Shown one piece after another: positions 54,335 to 64,000 of a DNA stretch of 64,000 nt (position 1 is its first letter; each line of letters starts with the position of its first letter). Location of the stretch: positions 144,409 through 208,408 of the forward strand of contig JAPJBO010000148.1 in NCBI GenBank assembly GCA_030068145.1, read 5' to 3'. This DNA comes from Diplonema papillatum. Its lineage: Eukaryota. The notes under the pieces were generated by a model. The model had not been told where the DNA came from. It ran no database searches and worked only from the letters and a program-made list of their open reading frames with translations. A program made the translations under genes and the position numbers.

Positions 54335-54541
54335 TAGCTGTTGCTCGCCTGCTCCTTCTTGTAGTACTCGGCGTCCGCGGTGCTCAGCACGTCCTGCCCG
54401 TACGGGTTCTGCAGGTCGACCGCGAGGGCGGCGGCCTGCTGCCCGTAGTGGCCGGCCTGCTGCTGCTGCAGATACGCATACTGCGCGGCCTCCGGCGTCG
54501 GGTACGGGTAGGACGGATTCCCGTAATTAGGTTGCGCCATC
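53767..54541 (-). CDS. polyglutamine / charged coiled-coil protein (~258 aa)
   Basis: ATG at 54539-54541 (MAQPNYGNPSYPYPTPEAAQYAYLQQQQ...); a long Q/E/R/K-rich region (QQQQQQQQLQQQHLLYQQQLLAQQQQRAEVERQAQWRKEEEEKERQ...). Confidence 0.5.
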
Positions 54542-54899
54542 GGAGCGCCGCCCGTACCCTCTCCCCCCACCCGACCTGCCTCGCGTCCAACCCCCGACCG
54601 AGCCGCCTCAACCTACTCCTCGCTCAAGGCCCTCCGTTTGCTGTCGTATCTTCCCTCCTTCTATTCGCGATACCAGCCTCCGTTCAGAAGCCCTGGACGG
54701 GGGGGAGGGTGGGAAAGGCTACTGATGTCCCGCCCCTTCCCACTCGCTGTTCTTTTTGTGTCGTCGTCGATCCCGAGGGACGATCAGTTTCGTGTCTTGC
54801 GACCTTTGTTTGTTTGGTTAAAGATCGCGCGATTCGGTTGGAATAAAAGGAAGGGGGGGGGTGGACATATAATTGCCGACCAGTTTGCTCGCCCTCTTT

Positions 54900-56230
54900 G
54901 AAGCTCTAGAAGGTCAGGCCCATGAAACACAGCGACAGGCAATTCGCCCCACGAGACAGCGGCATCATTAGCTCTAGAAGGTCAGGCCCATGAAACACAG
55001 CGACAGGCAATTCGCCCCACGAGACAGCGGCATCATTAGCTCTAGAAGGTCAGGCCCATGAAACACAGCGACAGGCAATTCGCCCCACGAGACAGCGGCA
55101 TCATTAGCTCTAGAAGGTCAGGCCCATGAAACACAGTTGCGACCTTTGTTTGTTTGGTTAAACATCGCGCGATTCGGTTGGAATAAAAGGGAGGGGGGGT
55201 GGATATAATGCCGACCAGTTTGCTCGCCCTCTTTGAAGCTCTAGAAGGTCAGGCCCATGAAACACAGCGACAGGCAATTCGCCCCACGAGACAGCGGCAT
55301 CATTAGCTCTAGAAGGTCAGGCCCATGAAACACAGCGACAGGCAATTCGCCCCACGAGACAGCGGCATCATTAGCTCTAGAAGGTCAGGCCCATGAAACA
55401 CAGCGACAGGCAATTCGCCCCACGAGACAGCGGCATCATTAGCTCTAGAAGGTCAGGCCCATGAAACACAGCGACAGGCAATTCGCCCCACGAGACAGCG
55501 GCATCATTAGCTCTAGAAGGTCAGGCCCATGAAACACAGCGACAGGCAATTCGCCCCACGAGACAGCGGCATCATTAGCTCTAGAAGGTCAGGCCCATGA
55601 AACACAGCGACAGGCAATTCGCCCCACGAGACAGCGGCATCATTAGCTCTAGAAGGTCAGGCCCATGAAACACAGCGACAGGCAATTCGCCCCACGAGAC
55701 AGCGGCATCATTAGCTCTAGAAGGTCAGGCCCATGAAACACAGCGACAGGCAATTCGCCCCACGAGACAGCGGCATCATTAGCTCTAGAAGGTCAGGCCC
55801 ATGAAACACAGCGACAGGCAATTCGCCCCACGAGACAGCGGCATCATTAGCTCTAGAAGGTCAGGCCCATGAAACACAGCGACAGGCAATTCGCCCCACG
55901 AGACAGCGGCATCATTAGCTCTAGAAGGTCAGGCCCATGAAACACAGCGACAGGCAATTCGCCCCACGAGACAGCGGCATCATTAGCTCTAGAAGGTCAG
56001 GCCCATGAAACACAGCGACAGGCAATTCGCCCCACGAGACAGCGGCATCATTAGCTCTAGAAGGTCAGGCCCATGAAACTCAGGGGCAGGCAATTCGCCC
56101 CACGAGACAGCGGCATCTTTAGCTCTAGAAGGACAGGATGCCCCATGGAACACAATGACAGGCAATTCGCCGTAGCTCGGTGGAAGGACAGGATGTTTCA
56201 TGAGACCCAGCTGCATCGTAGCTCCAGAAG
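54900..56230. repeat. satellite, 68-bp unit (x ~3.4, then a ~110-bp duplicate of the left flank at 55130-55240, then x ~14)
   Basis: ctctagaaggtcaggcccatgaaacacagcgacaggcaattcgccccacgagacagcggcatcattag. The flank ttgcgacctttgtttgtttggttaaa.atcgcgcgattcggttggaataaaagg.agggggggtgga is present at 54790-54900 and again at 55130-55240. Confidence 0.85.
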
Positions 56231-56839
56231 AATCGGATGCACCTGATAGACCGCGAAAGACAGCGGCAGGCAACTGGATGCAGTTTCCCAGGGAAAGCCG
56301 GGGAAAAGGGGCCGCTCAATAATGCAGCTCAGCGGAACGACCACAACACCACACAGGGAACGTGTCAGTTAGACTTTGGCGGACACTTGTCGGCATAGCG
56401 GAGAACTTCCCCCTCCCCCACCTTTATATTTTTTTTGACGGACAGATGCAGTGCTTCCGCTAACCTCACCTTTTAGAGTTATAGTTCGCTTGAGAATCCG
56501 GGATTTTAGAGTCTCCGGGTGACCTTCGTCGAATGGGTTCTTTTAGTGAGGAACCCCAAAGACCTGAGTTAGGCTTTTTTTTTCTCCCCCGCTAGGCCCT
56601 CGCGTTTGGTACAGGATATTAGCTTCTGTTGCAGGGGGGCACCCGAGTCTTCCAAAGGGGGGGGGGGTCCGGCGCCCCCGGCGAACGGTATCAACGGGGA
56701 AAAGGTGGGGAATTTCTCATGAGGAATTCCTCGCCCTCTTTTTTCCAGCCTCTTCTTTTTTTTTGAGGAATTCCTCGCACTTTTTCGTTGGCGGGAGCAC
56801 TGGACAGATGACGGCATGGCAAACCATGGCGTTGTCCTG

Positions 56840-59580
56840 TAGGCTGGCCTTTAGTACCCTTGATGTGAGCCAACTTCTCTGGAGGGACCGGACTTTAGAA
56901 GCTTTGATGTTGGCCAACCTTTCTGGAGGGACTGGCTTTAGAACCCTTGCCCAACTTCTCTGGAGGGACTGGACTTTAGAAGCTTTGATGTTGGCCAACT
57001 TTTCTGGAGGGACTGGCCTTTTCGAAGCCTTTATGTGAGCCAACTTTTCTGGAGGGACTGGCCTATAGAAGCTTTGATGTTGGCCAACCTTTCTGGAGGG
57101 ACTGGCCTTTAGAAGCCTTGACGTGAGCCAACTTCTCTGGAGGGACTGGCATTTAGAAGCTTTGATGTTGGCCAACTTTTCTGGAGGGACTGGCCTTCAG
57201 AACCCTTGATGTGAGCCAACTTCTCTGGAGGGACTGGCCTTTAGAAGCTTTGATGTTGGCCAACTTTTCTGGAGGGACTGGCCTTTAGAAGCCTTGACGT
57301 GAGCCAACTTCTCTGGAGGGACTGGCCTTTAGAAGCCTTGATGTGAGCCAACTTTTCTGGAGGGACTGGCCTTTAGAAGCTTTGATGTTGGCCAACTTTT
57401 CTGGAGGGACTGGCCTTCAGAACCCTTGATGTGAGCCAACCTCTCTGGAGGGACTGGCCTTTAGAAGCTTTGATGTTGGCCAACTTTTCTGGAGGGACTG
57501 GCCTTTAGAAGCCTTGACGTGAGCCAACTTTTCTGGAGGGACTGGCCTATAGAAGCTTTGATGTTGGCCAACCTTTCTGGAGGGACTGGCCTTTAGAAGC
57601 CTTGACGTGAGCCAACTTCTCTGGAGGGACTGGCATTTAGAAGCTTTGATGTTGGCCAACTTTCTGGAGGGACTGGCCTTCAGAACCCTTGATGTGAGCC
57701 AACCTCTCTGGAGGGACTGGCCTTTAGAAGCTTTGATGTTGGCCAACTTTTCTGGAGGGACTGGCCTTTAGAAGCCTTGACGTGAGCCAACTTTTCTGGA
57801 GGGACTGGCCTATAGAAGCTTTGATGTTGGCCAACTTTTCTGGAGGGACTGGCCTTCAGAACCCTTGATGTGAGCCAACTTCTCTGGAGGGACTGGCCTT
57901 TAGAAGCCTTGATGTGAGCCAACTTTTCTGGAGGGACTGGCCTATAGAAGCTTTGATGTTGGCCAACTTTTCTGGAGGGACTGGCCTTTAGAAGCCTTGA
58001 CGAGAGCCAACTTCTCTGGAGGGACTGGCCTTTAGAAGCTTTGATGTTGGCCAACTTTTCTGGAGGGACTGGCCTTTAGAAGCCTTGATGTGAGCCAACT
58101 TCTCTGGAGGGACTGGCCTTTAGAAGCTTTGATGTTGGCCAACTTTTCTGGAGGGACTGGCCTTTAGAAGCCTTGATGTGAGCCAACTTTTCTGGAGGGA
58201 CTGGCCTTTAGAAGCCTTGACGTGAGCCAACTTCTCTGGAGGGACTGGCCTTTAGAAGCCTTGATGTGAGCCAACTTCTCTGGAGGGACTGGCATTTAGA
58301 AGCTTTGATGTTGGCCAACTTTTCTGGAGGGACTGGCCTTCAGAACCCTTGATGTGAGCCAACCTCTCTGGAGGGACTGGCCTTTAGAAGCTTTGATGTT
58401 GGCCAACTTTTCTGGAGGGACTGGCCTTTAGAAGCCTTGACGTGAGCCAACTTTTCTGGAGGGACTGGCCTATAGAAGCTTTGATGTTGGCCAACTTTTC
58501 TGGAGGGACTGGCCTTCAGAACCCTTGATGTGAGCCAACCTCTCTGGAGGGACTGGCCTTTAGAAGCTTTGATGTTGGCCAACTTTTCTGGAGGGACTGG
58601 CCTTTAGAAGCCTTGACGTGAGCCAACTTTTCTGGAGGGACTGGCCTATAGAAGCTTTGATGTTGGCCAACTTTTCTGGAGGGACTGGCCTTCAGAACCC
58701 TTGATGTGAGCCAACTTCTCTGGAGGGACTGGCCTTTAGAAGCTTTGATGTTGGCCAACTTTTCTGGAGGGACTGGCCTTTAGAAGCCTTGACGTGAGCC
58801 AACTTCTCTGGAGGGACTGGCCTTTAGAAGCCTTGATGTGAGCCAACTTTTCTGGAGGGACTGGCCTTTAGAAGCTTTGATGTTGGCCAACTTTTCTGGA
58901 GGGACTGGCCTTTAGAAGCCTTGATGTGAGCCAACTTCTCTGGAGGGACTGGCCTTTAGAAGCTTTGATGTTGGCCAACTTTTCTGGAGGGACTGGCCTT
59001 TAGAAGCCTTGACGTGAGCCAACTTCTCTGGAGGGACTGGCCTTTAGAAGCCTTGATGTGAGCCAACTTTTCTGGAGGGACTGGCCTATAGAAGCTTTGA
59101 TGTTGGCCAACTTTTCTGGAGGGACTGGCCTTTAGAAGCCTTGACGTGAGCCAACTTCTCTGGAGGGACTGGCCTTTAGAAGCTTTGATGTTGGCCAACT
59201 TTTCTGGAGGGACTGGCCTTTAGAAGCCTTGATGTGAGCCAACTTCTCTGGAGGGACTGGCCTTTAGAAGCCTTGATGTGAGCCAACTTTTCTGGAGGGA
59301 CTGGCCTTTAGAAGCCTTGACGTGAGCCAACTTTTCTGGAGGGACTGGCCTATAGAAGCTTTGATGTTGGCCAACTTTTCTGGAGGGACTGGCCTTTAGA
59401 AGCCTTGACGAGAGCCAACTTCTCTGGAGGGACTGGCCTTTAGAAGCCTTGATGTGAGCCAACTTTTCTGGAGGGACTGGCCTATAGAAGCTTTGATGTT
59501 GGCCAACCTTTCTGGAGGGACTGGCCTTTAGAAGCCTTGACGTGAGCCAACTTCTCTGGAGGGACTGGCATTTAGAAGCC
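56840..59580. repeat. satellite, 44-bp monomers in two alternating variants (88-bp higher-order unit) x ~62
   Basis: ggagggactggcctttagaagctttgatgttggccaacttttct / ggagggactggcctttagaagccttgacgtgagccaacttctct. Confidence 0.9.
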
Positions 59581-60974
59581 CAACACGTCGGTCTGCGTTC
59601 GATAGCGAAAAGTGGCTCGGAACATAAGGTACGAGGGAATCGCAAAAGGCGAGTCGACGCAAGCACGAAAAGACAAAAGAAAGGCTGCCCCTGAATGAAG
59701 CCGGAAGGGGGTGTCAACGACAACCCGAGTGGGGGTTTGACCCCTCCCCCGACCTTGGTCGGTACTGCGGGCTAGGGGGCGGTTGCTTCCAATACACTCT
59801 CGGGCACGCAAGCGGGCTGCGGTGAGCTTCTTTTCTGACAGCCCGCAAGCAGCGTTCCACCCGGCAGTCGACAATTGCTGCCGATGCGTCAAAGTCATTC
59901 CTGCGGAGTCCTGCCGAATCTCGCATGTTCGGCGGTATCATGAGGGTCAAAAGCTTGTGTCTTTTTGGTAAGAGGGGATTTAGACCCATAAGAAAAATGG
60001 CCACCCATTTTTTCTGGAAGATTTTTAGGGTTTAAAAAAAAATTGGAACAAATACTGCGGTAAATTTTGATGAAGTTGCAAAAAAAAAATCCAGTTTTTC
60101 TTCTTGGGGGCCGTCGGCCCCGCGGCAGCGTTTTCCAAAAAGACACAAGGTTTTGACCCTGCATGGTATCGCAGAGCATGCGGGGTGCAGGAAACCCTGG
60201 CTGCCGAACCAAGGCGCTTGGGTGCGTGTTGGTGGCTTGGCGCTCAACGGCGAACTAGTGGCTGCCGACTTTCCCGAAGAGAATGCATCAAGGCGTTTCG
60301 TGTGCGTTAGGGCTTGGCGCTTACGCTGAGCACAAGCCCGTAGAGACGGCTAGCGGGGCGAAAGGGGGCGGCCCTGGGTGGGAGGGTCGGGTCCTGTCTG
60401 GGATTCTCGTTTATTTGTATTACTATTATTTTTCTGTTCTTTTTTTTCCACTTAACACACACGGGGTTCCCCCAGGGATTTATATGGAACTTTTGGCTGA
60501 AAACCTCGCCAAAAAGAAAATCGCGTGGGTTCAAACAATATCTTGCCTCTGGGTCCGGTTAGCAGCGGGACCACACCGGAGGACCGTTACTTCTTTGCAG
60601 CGCTTGTGCTCGGGACGCACCGTGGCCACATCTGGCTAACTGACGATGACCAGTGCGAACTAAGATCACGTCACTCTTCACGTGATAGATAAAAAATAGA
60701 ACAAAAGGGTACTGGTGTTGATGTTATCCAAACGCAAACACAGGACGTCGGTAGGTAAGGTTGTGACGCCAGCATGGAAATACAGGGAACTTCTGTAGGA
60801 CTCTTGTGCATGAACCTGTTCGATAACACTGTAAATTGTTTCGCTTTTTCTCACGAAAAGGGGGATGCCAGTCCTACTTTAACCCCTTACCGACCGGGCA
60901 CCCTCGACTTTCTTCCAGGGTTTGGGTCTAAATCCTGGTCATGGCAGGTCGGCACCTTGTCGACTTCTCGAGGG

Positions 60975-61140
60975 GGGATTGCAAGAACGTGCTTGGAATG
61001 GGTATGTGCTCAACACCGCACTGGTCCCGTCTGCGCCGTGTTTCGGTCCTTTAAGCCACGGACACATAAGGCGGACCATCATCAGCGCGGAACCTGAGTG
61101 TCTGCAGACAGGACTGCGGTGTGAGTCTGGTTTGTCAGGC
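60975..61140 (+). mobile_element. SINE-like family A, copy 3, flanked by ~26-bp imperfect direct repeats
   Basis: gggggattgcaagaacgtgcttggaatgggtatgtgctcaacaccgcactggtcccgtctgcgccgtgtttcggtcctttaagccacggacacataaggcggaccatcatcagcgcggaacctgagtgtctgcagacaggactgcggtgtgagtctggtttgtcagg. ggcaccttgtcgacttctcgaggggg (60946-60972) recurs as ggcaccttgtcggctcctcgaggggg (61273-61298). Confidence 0.5.
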
Positions 61141-62294
61141 GGCTGTTCGTAGCTCGTCACAGCCAGGACCACCCGTGCTACTAGAGCACAGCCGAATCCG
61201 TCACGGGGAGAAGGCCCCTACAACCGTGTCTGAGCAATCAGTTAAAAAACTCAGGGCACTCGCCCTCAGGCCGGCACCTTGTCGGCTCCTCGAGGGGGAG
61301 CGGGGCTTCCGAGGTTCAAGGGCGGGAATAAAGAGATACTCCACATATATTTTCATTCCCGCGCTTCAAAGCTGTTTTCGACACACCTATCCCAACTTTC
61401 CGGCATATCTAAGAAATGGGCTATTTAACGACCCCTGTGGAGGTCGCTGGTCGGTAAGGGGTTAAGCTACATTGGGCAATCCGACTCGCGCAGTCGTGAG
61501 CAGCACAAACTCAGTCTGCCACTCCCCTGCAGGATTTGCGGATTTTCCAAGGGAACATTTCCGGAGATGGGGCTTGCACTGATAAGCGAAGTAACGGACG
61601 GTCAGCATCAACTGACCAAAGGTGATGAAAAATGATGATGCAAACTTTCTTGTTCTTCGCATGTACAGGGTATAAACCTCTCTGAGGGAGGTGTTCCTGT
61701 ATTAGCACTTTTTCGTTGGCTTCGTATTCTTTCATGTGCAACCGTTGTTCCGAAAAGGTTCCCGTCAGTACAAACGTACTGCTGTAGTATCAACGTACTG
61801 TTGAAGAGGAAAAAAGCAAAATAAAATGCCGCTCAGGGAGCGGCAGCCGACCGGGGCAACAGTGCCCAGTGCCAGGACCCTCCCGTTTTCCCACACGGGT
61901 TTGCTTGATTGACAAAATTTTGTTTGACTCACACGGGTGCTCTGCGCCGGAGTTCCACGCGGAGAAGTTTCGGGGATCGAAATCGGAGTTGCCAACCTCC
62001 TCGCGGTGGTCCCCCGTCCACGTGCGCAAGCACGGCTGATGGCAACACGCGTGCTCAGGGCAGTCGAAGGCCTGTCAGTAGTCCCGCAGGACGATAGTAC
62101 TAATGCAATCCCTTACTAAACTTCGGGGGTTCCGAGTCTCCGGGGGGTGGCTTTCGGCAACAGGAAAGTTCTTTGTACGCAGCGTGTCCGGGCCGCAACA
62201 CACGAAAGTAGGAGTATCGGTGCTCGTAGTTTCGGCAATTATCCCCGTGCCTTACATACAGGCACCTCGCTTTGTTTATTGCAGAATGTCTCCA

Positions 62295-63100
62295 GATTTC
62301 CCAAACTAAAGCATCAAGGCTTGGCGCACCGTGGGGCTTGCCGCACCGTGGGGCTTGGTGCTCGCGCTGAACACAAGCTCGTCGAGACGGTCAGCCACAG
62401 GGCAGAGCGGACGGGGTTGTAGCACTGTGCTGCCTCCGACTCAAACTTTGCAAGCTGTGGTTGACCGTCACGTTCCTGGACCAGGAGCGGCCATTTTTTT
62501 TTACATAAGCGCCAGCTTGAAAGGAAATGCTCGACGATGCTGCCCGACAAAGAACAGAAGGGATCCAAAGTGCTGTAACTACCGAACCACGTGTTGAACG
62601 GACGCGAGGTCATGCGGGTCTACCCCTACACGACAAATCACACAAACACAACAGGTCAAAAGTCCTGAGTGAGAAAACAACACATGGTGGTGTAAGCGAA
62701 GAACAAATCAGATTGTGTTTGTATTGTATTTGCCCCTTACCTCTATATTTCCCCCCTTCCATTCGGAGTCGAAGCAGCTACGTCGAGTATTTCTTTATTT
62801 TTCTTCTCTTGCAGGTACCAGGGAAAGCCTGCTACACGGGAGCCAAGCTTCACGTGTTCGGCGGTACTGCAGAGCCACGGGCCTACGGGTCAAGTGGCTA
62901 CCGATTTCCCAAACTAAAGCATCGAGGCTTGGCGCACCGTGGGGCTTGGCGCTCGCGCTGAACACAAGCTCGTCGAGACGGTCAGCCGCAGGGCAGAGCG
63001 GACGGGGTTGTGGCACTGTGCTGCCTCCGACTCAAGCTTTGCAAGCTGTGGTTGACCGTCACGTTCCTGGACCAGGAGCGGCCTTTTCTTTTTCTTCTTC
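62295..63100 (+). repeat. ~210-bp repeat family J, two copies 600 bp apart (62295-62510 and 62895-63100); diverged third copy at 60280-60370
   Basis: tttcccaaactaaagcatc.aggcttggcgcaccgtggggcttgg.gctcgcgctgaacacaagctcgtcgagacggtcagcc.cagggcagagcggacggggttgt.gcactgtgctgcctccgactcaa.ctttgcaagctgtggttgaccgtcacgttcctggaccaggagcggcc. Confidence 0.7.
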
Positions 63101-63674
63101 TTCTTTCTCAGGGGGACTGTAGCTCTTTGTCTGACCGAGCAAAAAAGCCGGTTTCAGCCAAAAACCCGGTTTTGGGGCTCTGCGGTGCCTGTGGGTGTCT
63201 GAGTGCCTGGAACCGTCGCCCCGCGCACGTAAACAAGGGGACGGAGGGGGGTGGTGAGATATAAGCTTGCGGTGGTGGTGGTGGTGGGCACGTCTATCGA
63301 ACTACGGAGTGGTAAGTGAAAAGCTTCGAATTGCAGTGACACACCGTGACGCGCCATGTATCTGCAGTCACTGTACAGTACAGTACAGTACAGGGGCCAC
63401 TTGAAATCATAATTTACAAATTATTTTTGTTTTTTTGAAGAACCGAAACCGGAAAAACCCGGTTCCTGAAACCGGGAAACCGGGTTTCCAAAGTCCGCTG
63501 TTCTTTCTTCTCTTGCAGAATGAACTCCTTGGCGCGCGAAGGGGGCCGTTATTGAGCGTGTGCACCTTGCTTACTTGCAGGTGCGCACGGTCACGGACCT
63601 CACCGTGGGGTGCCAGCCTCCGGAGCTGGAGCTAAAGCTGTTAGTTCAAAAGGTGGGTGCCAGGCCCGCGTTTT

Positions 63675-64000
63675 CGCGGTGCGCACGTTTGCGCGGGCTT
63701 CTGGGTGCAGCACAAACACTGGGTACTGCAGGCAAGCGCGCCGTCTGCAATCTCCAGCTTCTGTAGCCGCGCCCGCGTTTCCGGATGTACACGACGGACA
63801 CTTTTTGCACGGGCTTCTGGGCGCAGCACGAACACTGGGTACTGCCGGCAAGCGCGCCGTCTGTAATCTCCAGCTTCCGCAGCGGCGCCCGCGTTTTCGG
63901 GTGTACACTTTTCCCCGGGCTTCTGGGTGCGGCACGAACACTGGGTACTGCAGGCAAGCGCGCCGTCTGTAATCTCCAGCTTCTGCAGCTGCGCCCGCGT
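63675..64000. repeat. tandem repeat, ~117-bp unit, continues past the window end
   Basis: gcacgaacactgggtactgc.ggcaagcgcgccgtctg.aatctccagcttc.gcagc.gcgcccgcgtttt.cgg.tgtacac...gggcttctgggtgc x ~3. Confidence 0.75.

Noticed and set aside
10300-59580. Possibility that the many direct-repeat arrays are CRISPR arrays
   Set aside because: Units are contiguous with no unique spacers of constant length. Monomers are 10-416 bp and evolve as satellites with higher-order repeats. The context is eukaryotic (poly(A) LINEs, hAT transposase, polyQ proteins). There are no cas genes.

Overview
This is a GC-rich (roughly 55%), extremely repeat-dense nuclear locus from a eukaryote, probably a protist or alga. 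It is not prokaryotic: I see no operon structure, and there are poly(A)-tailed retroelements, satellite arrays and polyglutamine ORFs. The ORF track evidently uses GTG/TTG starts and omits ORFs that touch the window edge, so I re-derived starts by hand where I could. The supportable host-like genes are few and all lie on the minus strand: a CCCH zinc-finger/polyQ protein (1-1802, hand-translated and absent from the track because it runs off the edge), a hypothetical protein (8772-9482), a 518-aa PDZ-domain protein (15030-16586), an RD/RE-rich ORF (42383-42922), a zinc-finger/CCHC RNA-binding-like protein (46009-47113), an RRM/polyQ protein (48034-49323), a GK-rich protein with a C-terminal PDZ domain (49636-50651) and a polyQ coiled-coil protein (53767-54541). 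Mobile DNA dominates the rest: a ~4.9 kb non-LTR LINE with ORF1 plus an APE-RT-RNaseH ORF2 and a poly(A) tail (35298-40230, minus); two further poly(A)-tailed 3' fragments of related LINEs (29869-29995, 33185-33300); an N-terminally truncated hAT transposase relic (30555-32100, minus); nested TIR/MITE-like elements inside an inverted-repeat-bounded 3.3 kb block (23443-26729); and several co-oriented short dispersed repeat families (A-E and G-J, SINE-like). At least twelve distinct tandem-repeat/satellite families are present (monomers of 10, 30, 38, 41, 43/85, 44/88, 49, 60, 68, 80, 117, 207 and 416 bp). An orphan LSU-rRNA-like fragment lies at 41700-42185. The most interesting signals are these: (1) a short palindromic-core dispersed element (family D) present in 7 copies, all on the same strand, that supplies the stop codons of both PDZ genes; (2) degenerate tandem re-duplications of the 5' ends of two genes; (3) repeated association of LINE 3' ends with an identical ~210-bp sequence next to a 43-bp satellite; (4) LINE ORF2 entered in the -1 frame without its own AUG and open straight into the poly(A) tail; (5) TIR elements whose subterminal repeats appear to have seeded satellite arrays. 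All calls are from reading the sequence by eye. No database searches were run.
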